Shown here piece after piece: positions 40,905 through 51,455 of a DNA stretch of 64,000 bases. The stretch covers positions 141,346-205,345 of the forward strand of contig CAWCPZ010000003.1 in NCBI GenBank assembly GCA_963797635.1. Reading direction: 5' to 3'. Position numbers and translations under genes: made by a program. A model generated the notes under the pieces. That model worked only from the letters and a program-made list of their open reading frames with translations. It ran no database searches and was not told where the DNA came from. Source of the stretch: an uncultured Actinomycetes bacterium (lineage in GTDB: Bacteria; Actinomycetota; UBA4738; HRBIN12). Each line of letters starts with the position of its first letter. The first letter of the stretch is position 1.

Positions 40905-43900
40905 GTGATCACCTGTCCCCGCTGCGGTGAGCAGAACCCGGCCCACGCCCGGTTCTGCCTGCACTGCGGAGCACCGCTGTCGGCGCCCGCGGGTCAGGAA
41001 CGCCGGCTGGTCACCGTGGTCTTCTGCGACCTCGTCGGGTTCACACGGCGATCCGACCGGGCCGACCCCGAAGACGTGCACGCCACGCTCCGTGCCTTCC
41101 ACGCCCCGATCAAGCGGGTGGTGGAGCACTACGACGGCACCGTCGACAAGTTCATCGGCGACGCGGTCATGGCCGTGTTCGGCGCGCCGATCGCCCACGA
41201 GGACGATCCGCTGCGAGCGGTGCTGGCCGCCCGCGCGATCCAGGAGGCCATCGAGGACCAACGGACCGATCGCGGGGACGAACCGCTCGCGGTCCGTATC
41301 GGTATCGACACCGGGGAAGCCGTCGTGGCCTACGGCGTGGGTCCCCAGATCGGCGAGAGCATCGCCGGTGACGTCGTGCACACGGCCGCGCTGCTCCAAT
41401 CGGTGGCGCCGCCGGGCGGGACGGTCGTGGGCGAGGCGACGCATCGGGCCACGCGCCATGTCGTGCGTTACGAGCAGCTCCCCTCGGTGGAGGGCCCTGG
41501 CGGCCGAGGCTCGATCGAGGCCTGGCGTCCGATCGAAGCCCAGGCCAGGACCGGGCAGGAACCCCATGGTCGCGACACCCCGTTCGTGGGTCGATATGAC
41601 GAGTCGGCCACGCTGCGCCAGCTGTTCCGCCGGGTCCGCACGGCGGCCAGGTCGCCCGATCACGTCGACGGCGCCCTGCAGCTCGTGACCGTGGTGGGCG
41701 AGCCGGGCATCGGCAAGTCTCGGCTGATCGGCAACTTCGCCGACCACGTCGACGAGCTGTCCGATCTGGTCCGGTGGCGGCAGGGCCGATGCCTGCCCTA
41801 CGGCGAAGGCGTGAGCTTCTGGGCACTGTCCGAAGCCGTCAAAGCCGAGGCCGGCATCATGGACGACGACGACCCGGTCGAAGCCCGCGCCGCCCTGGAC
41901 GCCGCCATCGACGCCGCCGTCCCCGACGAACAGGAGCGCGGGTGGTTGCGGCCTCGGCTCGCCGCGCTCCTGGGGCTGGGCGAAGGCGACGACGATGCGC
42001 CGCGCGACGAGCGCTTCCGGGCGTGGGCCCGCTATCCTGGAGGCCCTCGCCCAGCGCGGCCCGTTCGTCCTGGTGATCGAGGACCTGCACTGGGCCGACG
42101 ACGCGATGCTGGAGTTCATCGAGTACCTGGCGCGACAGGACCGCGACTCCCCCATGTTCATCCTGTGCGCCACGCGGCCCGAGCTGCTCGACCGACGTCC
42201 CGACTGGGGAGCATCGGTGCCCGGCTGCACCACGATCCTGCTGCCTCCCCTGTCGGAGGGCGAGACCGCCAGCTTGATCGCGGCGCTGCTCGAACGCGCC
42301 GTGCTGCCCGCCGAGACCCAGGCCAGCTTGATCGAACGGAGCGGTGGCAACCCCCTGTACGCCGAGGAATTCGTGCAGATGCTGACCGACCGCGGCCTGC
42401 TCGCCGCGGACGGGACGCTGACCGAGACCGCGCAGGGCGCGATCCCGGTGCCCGATTCGCTGCAGGCGGTGATCGGCGCGCGCCTCGACGCCCTGCCGCT
42501 CGACCTCCGATCGCTGATGCACGATGCGGCCGTGGTCGGCAAGGTGTTCTGGTCGGGCGCCGTCGCACGGATCAGCGGACGCGAGGAGGACGAGGTCCGT
42601 CGGTTGCTCGAGCACGCCGTCCGGCGGCAGTTGATCCGGCCCGCGCGCACGTCGAGCCTCCGGGGCCAGGCCGAGAACGTGTTCTGGCACCTGTTGGTGC
42701 GCGACGTCGCCTACGGACAGATCCCGCGGACATCACGTGCCACGAAGCATCTGGCGTGCGCGCGCTGGCTCACCGAGGTGGTGGGAGAGCGGGCGCCCGA
42801 CTTCGCCGAGGAGATCGCCTTCCACTACGGCGAGGTGCTCGACCCACGCGGCGTCCCGCTGCCCGCCGATGCCGATGACGCCGGACGCATCCGCAGCGAG
42901 GCCGCCACCGCGTTCATGCTGGCGGGCGAACGCGCGCTCCGGCTCGACGCCCGCCGGGCCGACGAAGCCCTGCACCGCGCACTGACCCTGATGGACGCCC
43001 GCCATCCCGGTCTGGGCCGGGCCTCGCTCGATGCGGCGCGAGCGGCCGGACTGCTCGGCCACGTCGAGGAAGCCGAACAGCTCTACCTGTCGGCGGTCGT
43101 GGCCACCCGCACCGCCGGCGACCGGCGTGCCTTGGGCGAGGCCCTCGGGCTGCTCTCCCGCCACCACTCGAAGTGGGGCGATCCCGAGCGCGGCCGCCAC
43201 GAGCTGGCCGAGGCGATCGAGATCCTCGAGGCCGAGGGCCCCAGTCCCGAGCTCGCCCGCACCTACAACCGCCGGGCCAACGAAGCGCTCCTGCTCGACG
43301 AGTACGACTCGTGCATCACGTTCGCCGAGAACGCGTTGGCGCTCGCACGGGACCTGGACATGCCCGGCGAGATCGTCCGCGCGCTCCAGGCCCGCGGGCG
43401 CGGCTCGCTGCGAGCTGGGTGACGACGCCGGACTCGACGACATGCGCGAGGCGATCCGCCTGGGCCTGGAACTGGGCCTGCTGGAAGAGACGATCGTCAG
43501 CGTGGGCAACCTCGCCTACCAGCTGTGGTTCCGCGAAGGTCCCGCGATCGCGTACGAGACCTGGCGCAGCATGGAGGAGCTCGCGTCCGCGCGCGGGTAC
43601 GCCTCACACGTGCAGATGGCGAGGATGGGCCAGCTGGAGACCCTGTTCGACCTCGGGGACTGGGATCAGGTGCTCGCGATCGCCGAGGAGATGGGCACGT
43701 GGGATCTGCCGCAGGAGCGGCGATCGGTGATCGGCGTGTACGCGCAGATGTTCGAGGCGTGGATCCACCTCCGGCGGGGGCAGCTCGCCGGCCTCACCGC
43801 CGCGGCCGAGACGATCGCCGAGGGGGCGCGTCGCGTCGCCTACACCGAGTACGTCACGCCCGCGCTGGTGCTCCTCGCCGAGGCCCGGCGCGCCGAGGGG

Positions 43901-44350
43901 GACCTGCAGGGCGCGCAGGATGCCCTGGACGAGTTCGCGACCCTCACGGCCGAGGTCCCGAACTACCGGGCGTTCATGCTGCCGGTGGCGGTGCGCGCGT
44001 TCCTCGCCATGGGCAAGCTCGAGAAGGCGCTGGCGCTCCAGCCCTTCCAAGCGGACGTGCGCACTGAGCGGCACGCCCTCTCCTTCCTGACCGCTCAGGC
44101 CGCGATCGCCGCGGCCCGCGGCGAACTCGACGTCGCCGCGCGGATGTTCGCCGAGGCCGCCGCGCGATGGGAGCGGTACGGCTTCGCGCTCGAAGCGGGG
44201 CAGACGCTGCTCGACCTTGCGCAGTGCCAGCAGGCGCTGGGACGCCACGACGAAGCGGAGGCGACCGCGGCGCACGGCCGGGACGTGTTGGCGCCGATGG
44301 GCATGCCCGCCACGTCGCCGCCGTCGAACGAACTCCCCAGGTCGGGCTAA
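40905..44350 (+). CDS. Zinc-ribbon + class III adenylate/guanylate cyclase + AAA ATPase + TPR protein, frameshifts ~42030 and ~43400
   Basis: CPRC..FCLHCG, VFCDLVGFT, DKFIGDAVM, GEPGIGKSRL, IEDLHWAD, GGNPLYAEE, ARLDAL. Confidence 0.92.
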
Positions 44351-44375
44351 GGACACCGGGGTAGCCCGCCGATAC
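44348..44375 (+). promoter_or_regulatory. sigma28/WhiG-like promoter TAAG-N16-GCCGATAC (leaderless)
   Basis: Near-consensus match; -10 box ends 7 nt before the ATG at 44383; no RBS. Confidence 0.65.
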
Positions 44376-44382
44376 GGCGGGT

Positions 44383-45249
44383 ATGCGGCACGATCGACTT
44401 CGCGCCTCGTGGATCGCCACCGCCGTCGCGGCCGTGCTGGCGCTCGGCGCACCGGTGGTCACCACCGTGGTCGAGCACGACCGTGCTCCCGTCGTGCATC
44501 GTGCCCTCACCGGCGCCCACGCCGCCCACCATCCGTTCACCGACCGAGCCCCCGTCCCCACGCTCAGTGCGCGGGTGATGGTCGCCGCCGCGGCCGACGT
44601 TCGGGCACCCAGGTCGAAGCCGAAGCGGACGCACGAACGGCCGGTCTCCCACCTGCTGGTGCGGGTCCCGAACGCGATGACCGTGCGCGCCCGCCCCGAT
44701 GCCGATGCGGCCGCCGTGGGCACCATGCCCTCGGGCTCGAAGTACTACGGCGTCCCGATCACGGCCTGGGTCGCGGAGACCGCCAAGGACGGCCGGTGGG
44801 GACGCGTCGAGATCCCCTACGTCTGGCCGCGGCGCGACGGCTGGATCCCGCTGCGCGGCCTCGCGCACGACCACACGTTCGTCGAGGTGCACGTCGACCT
44901 GTCACGGCACTGGGTGAGCGTCTCGAAGTTCGGCCACGTGCTGTTCGGGTTGCGAGCGGCGACCGGCGCGGCCGCGAGTCCCACCCCCGAAGGGGAGTAC
45001 TTCGTGACCGATCGCATCCCCTTCCCGGCGGGCGGTTCGCTCGGATCGTTCGCGTTCGGGATCTCCGGGATCCAGCCGCGCCTGCCCGCCGGCTGGAGCG
45101 GCGGCAACCAGCTCGCGATCCACGGCACCAACGACCCGTCTTCGATCGGCACGAGCGCCAGCGCCGGATGCGTCCGCGTGAGCGAACGAGGCCTGGACCG
45201 CCTGATGCCGCTGCTGCGACTGGGAACGCCGGTCATCGTCGAACGCTGA
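44383..45249 (+). CDS. Secreted L,D-transpeptidase (YkuD family) with SH3b-like domain
   Basis: Signal peptide, DGWIP, TG....PTPEG.Y, AIHGT..SIG.SASAGCVR. Confidence 0.9.
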   Translation: MRHDRLRASWIATAVAAVLALGAPVVTTVVEHDRAPVVHRALTGAHAAHHPFTDRAPVPTLSARVMVAAAADVRAPRSKPKRTHERPVSHLLVRVPNAMTVRARPDADAAAVGTMPSGSKYYGVPITAWVAETAKDGRWGRVEIPYVWPRRDGWIPLRGLAHDHTFVEVHVDLSRHWVSVSKFGHVLFGLRAATGAAASPTPEGEYFVTDRIPFPAGGSLGSFAFGISGIQPRLPAGWSGGNQLAIHGTNDPSSIGTSASAGCVRVSERGLDRLMPLLRLGTPVIVER

Positions 45250-45267
45250 CGCGGAACGACCGTGCCG

Positions 45268-45795
45268 TCAGCGGCCGTGCCGCTCCACGAACGCTTCCAG
45301 GTCCTTCAGGTGCGCCTCGGCATGACGGAACGGCCCCGCGGGCCCGCCCAGCAGACCGCCCAGACGTTCGCCCACGGACTTCCTGCCTCGCCTGGTGCCG
45401 GGCTTGCGCCACCGCTGATCGGTCATGGCCTCGAGCCGCACGATCAGGGTGCGGTGGGTGGCCTCGGCGTGACGCCGCATCTCCGGGCCCGAGCGCGAGG
45501 CCTTGCGCTCGACCGCCTGGCGGTTGACGGTGGCGGTGGACTCGGAGCGGAAGACCTTGTCGATCTCGGGGCCGTGGCCGGCCTCCCATGCATCGAGGGC
45601 CTCGAGCGAGTACTCCTCCCAGCTCTCGAGGTGACCGACCAGGTCCTTCGGCGACCACTCCCCGCCCCCCAGCCCGCCCGTGATGAACGCGCGCTTGGGC
45701 AGACGGTCCAGCAGCTGCCCCACCTCGTCGTGGCCCTGCTGCAGGAGGCGGATCGCCGCCTTGCGGGTGGGCCCCTTGTCGCGCTTGGTCACCAC
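45268..45795 (-). CDS. DinB-superfamily four-helix bundle protein
   Basis: WSPKDLVGHLESWE and C-terminal RHAEAH; GTG start overlaps the SIS gene stop. Confidence 0.75.
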   Translation of the reverse strand: MVTKRDKGPTRKAAIRLLQQGHDEVGQLLDRLPKRAFITGGLGGGEWSPKDLVGHLESWEEYSLEALDAWEAGHGPEIDKVFRSESTATVNRQAVERKASRSGPEMRRHAEATHRTLIVRLEAMTDQRWRKPGTRRGRKSVGERLGGLLGGPAGPFRHAEAHLKDLEAFVERHGR

Positions 45796-46788
45796 GTTCG
45801 TCCCTCGTTCCACCAGGTCGCCGCCACCAGCTCCGCCACCAGGACCTCGGTGAGCAGCGCCACGTCGGCGTCGTCGTCATGAACGTATCGAACGGCGGCG
45901 ACAGCGCCTTCCACGTCGGCTCCCACGGCCACCACCGTCGACCCTCGCTGCGCGACCCAATCCATGATCTGCGCGTCGAACCGGGAGCCCGCGAACAGCA
46001 GCGCCCGGTAGTCGAGCGGCTTCGTGAGATAGACGTCGACATGCAGCCAGTCGCCGGACTCGCACGCGTCGGCGGTGCGCCGCGGGCCCTCACGGAACAT
46101 CAGCGCCGACTGCTCCGCCGAGGACAGGCGCTCGGCCGGCGCGATCGCGAACGTGGCAGGACCCTCACCGAGGATCCCGGCCACGGTGGGCAGCCAGGCG
46201 TCGCGACGCTCGAGCAGATCCTCGGTGGCCTCGGCCGCGCGCCGGATCGTGGCGACCATCCGATCGTCGGCCTCCCGTCCGGCGGTGGTGGCGTCCAGCA
46301 TCAGCAACAGCGCCAGCGTGTGCTGGAAGGTTCGGCACGCCACCCCGCCGGCTTCCTCGCCGGCGAGCAACGGGACGACCACGTCGGCCGCCTTCGCGAT
46401 CGCCGAGTCCACATGGTTGGTCAACGCGATCGCCGGCCGGCCGACGCATCGCTCCATCGCCTCGATCGTCTCCGGCGTGGCGCCGCTCGCCGAGATGCCC
46501 ACCGTGGTGAGATGCGGCTGCACCGACATCATCGCCCCGGTGGTGATCGCCGACGGTGGCAGCGGGTCGGCGGACGCGTACTCGGCGGTCACCGGAAGGC
46601 GGTGGGCTCGGAGGCGGCGGGCGACCGTGGACGCGGCGAAGCGCGACGACCCCATCCCGAGCAGGAGCACCGGCGGCTGGAGCGTCACCTGCTCCCTCCA
46701 CGGGTTCCCGTGCGCGAGCGCGTCTGCCAGCGCCCGGAGCGCAGGCGGGCTTGGCCTCCAGGTCGGCGAGGAACAGCGTGGCGTCCAT
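45789..46788 (-). CDS. Double-SIS-domain sugar-phosphate isomerase/deaminase (GlmS C-terminal-like, no glutaminase domain), frameshift ~46745
   Basis: MDATLFLADLEAKPA, LGMGSS, ISASGATPET, ALTN, EQSALMFREGPR, GDWLHVDVY. Confidence 0.85.
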
Positions 46789-46806
46789 GGCATCGGTCCT
46801 TCGTCG

Positions 46807-48109
46807 CTAGGGGAACATCGAACGCATCGCGAGGTCGGGGACGCTCACCCACGACGGGAGGTAGCGGACGGCGTAGGCGAACTCATGGCACTCCTGCGCC
46901 ACCTCCAGCGGGAACAGCAACCGGGGGTCGTACAAGGACCGTTGCCGCCAGGCATCCAGCGCTTCGAGGTAGGCCCTGAGCAGGTCCTCACGCGACCGCG
47001 CGATCCAACGTTCGATCGCCTCGAGGGAGCCGGCGTCGCGACGCTGGGCGATGCGTCCCAGATGGTCGATCGACCGCAGCAGGGCGGCGACGTCGCGAAC
47101 CGGCGTGTCGAGCGCCACCCGGTCATCCGCCGGCGCGAGCGGGTTCCCGTCGAAATCGGCCACCGCCATGCCGCCGGACCATCGGAGGAACTGCCCGACG
47201 TGCAGGTCGCCGTGGATCCGCATCGTCGACACCGCCTCCACCTGGTCGAACACCTCGAACGCCGATCGGGCACGGCCCTGGCGCGCACGGAGCCGCTCGC
47301 CGGCTTCGCCGTCGGTGAGCGCGACGGCCTCGTCGAGCCAGCGCTCGGCTCGGCGACGCCATCCGGCGATGACGGTCCGGTCGGCCATCCGTACCGGCGA
47401 CGGGAGCGTCCGCGACGGCGTGGCGAGGGCGGCGTGGAGGTCTCCCGCGAGCCGGCCCAGCGTCGGCGCGGGTGCGAACGCCTCGTCGTCCCCGGCGTCA
47501 CCTCGGAGCCAGGCCAGCACCAGCTCCAGGTACCACTCCCAGCCGTCCGTGGCCTCCGGCAGGAACGCCGCCGCGGTCGCCACCAGGACCGGTCCGCCGT
47601 CGTCGCCACGCCAGGTCACCGACCCGAACGGGGTCGGGATCGACGCGAACCCCACCGCGGCGAGATGCACCGGCAGGTCCAGGCCCGGTTGCGGACCGGG
47701 ATCGACCCGCGGGTAGAGCTTCAGGACCGTTCGCTCCCCCACCACGACGGACTCGTTCGACTGGTCGACGTCGATCGCGCGTTCGCCGGCGGCCTCGGGC
47801 ACCGCCCCGATGGGCTCGAACGAGAACCGGCCCTCGGTGCCTCCGACGGCGAGCCGCCGCACCAACTGCTCGAACATCCCGTCGCCGGGCTCGGCGCGGC
47901 GGATCGGCTCCACCGGCTCGCACCACCAGCGGAGCCACGACGTATCCGTTGCCCTCGGCGAACATCGCGAGCACCAGATCCTCGCGCAGGACCAGCGCGT
48001 CGCGGACGGCGACCGGCGCGGGCGGCGACGGGTCCAGGCGGCGACCGGGCACCAGCGTCTGGGCCTCGACATCGGCCAAGCGGGAGAGCAGGTCCTCGCC
48101 CTCGTTCAC
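46807..48109 (-). CDS. Maltokinase-like (APH-fold) sugar kinase, probably the actinobacterial glucosamine-kinase type, frameshift ~47920
   Basis: ERAIDVDQSNESVVVG, DGWEW, IHGDLHVGQ, DFDGNP, RDVA.LLRS, QECHEFAYA. Confidence 0.75.
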
Positions 48110-48604
48110 GGGAGTGGCCGCACCATCAGGACCGGCGTATCGCCGTCGTCGCCCCAGTAGCCGGCGAAATCCCGGGCCTCGACGAACCCGGCCGACCGGT
48201 AGAACGCCCGCGTGGCGTCGTAGCCATCCTCGATGTCATCGGGGCCGTCGCTCGAGGAGACCGTGAGCGCGATCAGCAGGCGCCGGCCCTCGGCGTGCAT
48301 CCTGTGTCGCGAGTTCCTCGACGAGCCTCGTGCCCACCCCGCGGCCACGCCGATCGGCGTGGACGGCCAGCCAGGTGATCTCCGCCGACCCGTCGAAGCG
48401 GCGCGCGAACGTGCAGAAGCCCACGACGGCGTCCTCCTGTTCGGCCACCAACCCGGGTTCGCTCCGCACCGCGACGGCGCAGTCCGCGCGTCCCTGCTCC
48501 AGACCGAAGTGGTAGGGCAGGCTCAGGACGATGGCGTCGCACGCATCGGCGTCACCGGGCGCGAGGTCGCGGATCAGCCAGGCCTCAGCGTGTGATCGGC
48601 TCAT
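48106..48604 (-). CDS. GNAT acetyltransferase, frameshift ~48305
   Basis: SLPYHFG, AEITWLAV..RRGRGVG, Y.ATRAFYRSAGF. Confidence 0.85.
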
Positions 48605-48617
48605 CGTGTGACATCGC

Positions 48618-49919
48618 TCACCGCGTGACCGGCTCGCCGGTCACCGCCACGCGCTCGATCAGGTCGGCGCCGTTGACCCGCCCGGGGTCGGCCCGGATCA
48701 CCTCGGCGTTGCGTGCCATCGTGGCGTGCAGCGCGTCGTCACCGAGCAACCGGTTCACCGCGGCCACCAGTTCCTCGTCGGTCCAGTCGTAGGTGGCGAG
48801 CCGCTCCCCGAAGCCGGTCTCCCGCAGGCGTTGGGCGTTGTCGTACTGGTCCCAGAACAGCGGCAGCCCGATCATCGGCAACCCGAAGTGGAACCCCTCG
48901 CACACCGTGTTGTTGCCGCCATGGGTGATCAACAGATCGCACTGCGGCAGGATCGAGGGCTGCGGCAGGAACTGGTCGCCGTACATGTTCGGGCCCAGCG
49001 ACATCTGGTCCTTCAGCGGGCCCATCGACACGATCGTGCGGTGCTCCGTCGTGGCCATCGCATCGATCAGGCGCTGCATCAGCCCGACGTCCATGCACCC
49101 GAGCGAGCCCAGTGACAGGTAGACGACCTTGCCGTGGCCCGGCACCATCGCGTCGACATCGAACGGCTCCTCGGTCGTGCGCACCGTCGAGTTCAGCCGG
49201 TGCCAGGTGGGATCGAGCGGGACCGACCGGGGATAGTCGGCCGCCTCGGGGAACAGGTAGAGGTTGCACCAGGGGGAGTTCGTGTTGAACTCATCGATGG
49301 GACACGGCGCCACACCCACCGAGGCGCGGAAGTCGTTGTGCTCGGCCAGCAGCGACTCGTGTTGGCGGTGGTACTCGTCCTTGAACGCCTGCCACTCGCT
49401 CCGATCGTCGATCGGCAGCCCGCTCAGCACGGGCGGCAGGTCGGCATCACGCATCTCCAAGGGGTTGGCCGAGACGAACCGTACCCACGGCGCGCCCGCC
49501 AGTTCGACCGAGGGATAGCCGGTGACGTTGTCCGTGCACACCACGTCGGGCCGGATGTCGTCCCAGATCTCCATGATCCGACCGTGCGAGTACTGCTCGC
49601 CGGCCACCAACGCCTCCCAGATCGGCTTCGTCACCGTCTCGATCTGCTCGATCGTGGGCTTGCGGAACTCCGGCGCGGTCACCCGGATGAACTCGGCCCA
49701 GGGGTCGGCCGTGGGGTCGGCGTTCTCCTCCGGCGGCGCCATCCGCATCATGCGTTCTTCGAACCCGCGCTTGACCAGCTCGCCCTCGAACGATTCGTCC
49801 ACGACGAACACGATCCGGTGGCCGCGTTCGGCCAGCACGTTGGCGATCGCGACGCAGTTGTTGGTGGGGCCCCAGGCGCCGGGTTCGGGGAAGAAGGCGA
49901 TGGTCTTGGGATCGCTCAT
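48618..49919 (-). CDS. GT1 family NDP-glycosyltransferase (MGT/UGT-like)
   Basis: VYLSLGSLG, FLPQPSILPQCDLLITHGGNNTVCE, LPLFWDQYDNAQR (PSPG-like box). Confidence 0.9.
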   Translation of the reverse strand: MSDPKTIAFFPEPGAWGPTNNCVAIANVLAERGHRIVFVVDESFEGELVKRGFEERMMRMAPPEENADPTADPWAEFIRVTAPEFRKPTIEQIETVTKPIWEALVAGEQYSHGRIMEIWDDIRPDVVCTDNVTGYPSVELAGAPWVRFVSANPLEMRDADLPPVLSGLPIDDRSEWQAFKDEYHRQHESLLAEHNDFRASVGVAPCPIDEFNTNSPWCNLYLFPEAADYPRSVPLDPTWHRLNSTVRTTEEPFDVDAMVPGHGKVVYLSLGSLGCMDVGLMQRLIDAMATTEHRTIVSMGPLKDQMSLGPNMYGDQFLPQPSILPQCDLLITHGGNNTVCEGFHFGLPMIGLPLFWDQYDNAQRLRETGFGERLATYDWTDEELVAAVNRLLGDDALHATMARNAEVIRADPGRVNGADLIERVAVTGEPVTR

Positions 49920-50014
49920 GCCGGGTGGCTCCTCTCGTTCGTCGAGGCCGATGCGCGCCATGCGCCGGGACTATGCCACAGGCGGTGTGAGGGCGCTGCG
50001 GGTCGCGGCCGCGC

Positions 50015-51343
50015 TCAAGCTCCGGCGAGGATCTGCGCGGCGGCGCGTCGTCCGCTCTCCACCGCGCCTTCGACGTAGCCGCACACGGTGGCGACGTGTT
50101 CGCCTGCCAGGCGCACGCGGCCGTGCACCGCTCGCAGCGCACGCCAGTAGGCCGTGACCTGGCCCGGGTTCCACACCGAGAACGACCCGCCGATGTAGGG
50201 CTCCAGGCACCACGCCTGCGAGGATCCGTCGCCCAGGCCCGGCGCCATGGACGGCACCATGGCCGCGACCTCGCGTCGGACCTCCGCCACGCGATCCTGT
50301 TCGCCCGGGGCTCTGCGGACGAGCTCGCGGGCCGCTTCGCCGCCGACGTACGCGTCGAGCACCGCCGATCCCCCGGGTTGGTCCTCGGTGGCGTCGTAGA
50401 GCCGCTGCAGGGACCGATGCGACACCGCCCACACGAACGGCGGCCTCGACGAGGCGCGCACGAAGGTCTTCACCACGGCCCCCAGTCCGACCTCGGCGAT
50501 CCCCCGTCCGAACGCGCCGTCGAACGCCGGCGTCACCTCGACGTCACGCAGCGACGGGAGCGGGCAGGCCAGCACCGCCTGTGCCGCCTCCACGGTGCCG
50601 GCGGAGGTGATGACGCGCACCGAACGATCGTCCTGCTCCAACCGCACCAGCGGTTGATCGGTCCGCAGGACCTCACCGAGGTCGCCGGCGATCGCCTCCA
50701 CCAGTCGCGACAAGCCACCCTCGACCCGCTGGGAGCGGACCTCGGCCACCCGGGCCTCGTCGGCGAGCGCCACGGCGTGTTGCTGCGCGATGAACAACAC
50801 GGAGGCCTCGTCGGGCCGGCACGTGTATTCGAACGCCATCTCCCGATCGAGCAGGAACCGCGCGGTCTCCCCGAGGTCGGCCTCGTCGAACAGGTCGGCG
50901 ATCGAGCGGGCGTCCACCGCGGCGGCCTCGGGGTGGGCCGCCGGATCCGCCGGGTCGGCGATGCCCGCCGCCACCGTGTCGATCAGCTCGTCGAACCGGG
51001 CGAGTTCGGCCGTCACCCGGTCGTCGGCCGCCCATGCGTCGACCGCTGGATGCAGACCGCCCTCGTCCTCGACCCAGCCGGCCTCCCTCGCCCACCAGGG
51101 CGCCCCGTCGCCGATCGTCTTCAGGCCGAAGCGGGCCAGGAGGGCATGCACCTGGTCGTGCGAGGTGTCGATCCACTCGCCACCGGCCTCGACCCACCGC
51201 CCATCGGGGAAGGTCAGGGTGCGGACCCGGCCGCCGGGGCGGGAGGAGGCCTCGACCAGGACGACGTCGGCCCCGGCGTCACGGAGGTCGAGCGCGCACG
51301 AGAGGCCCGCCATGCCCGCGCCCACGATCACCACATCCGCCAT
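50015..51343 (-). CDS. Flavin monoamine oxidase family protein
   Basis: DVVIVGAGMAGL, EA..RPGGR, EAGGEWID, AGEH..GYVEGAVESGRRAA. Confidence 0.9.
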   Translation of the reverse strand: MADVVIVGAGMAGLSCALDLRDAGADVVLVEASSRPGGRVRTLTFPDGRWVEAGGEWIDTSHDQVHALLARFGLKTIGDGAPWWAREAGWVEDEGGLHPAVDAWAADDRVTAELARFDELIDTVAAGIADPADPAAHPEAAAVDARSIADLFDEADLGETARFLLDREMAFEYTCRPDEASVLFIAQQHAVALADEARVAEVRSQRVEGGLSRLVEAIAGDLGEVLRTDQPLVRLEQDDRSVRVITSAGTVEAAQAVLACPLPSLRDVEVTPAFDGAFGRGIAEVGLGAVVKTFVRASSRPPFVWAVSHRSLQRLYDATEDQPGGSAVLDAYVGGEAARELVRRAPGEQDRVAEVRREVAAMVPSMAPGLGDGSSQAWCLEPYIGGSFSVWNPGQVTAYWRALRAVHGRVRLAGEHVATVCGYVEGAVESGRRAAAQILAGA

Positions 51344-51455
51344 GTCGGCGCACTGTATCGGAGCCGCAGCCTCGAACGACGTCCTCACGCACCGCCTCGC
51401 GAACCCGTACCATGGGCGGGTCGTTGCCCACCCCCCGTCCCACCAGGAGGCTCCG

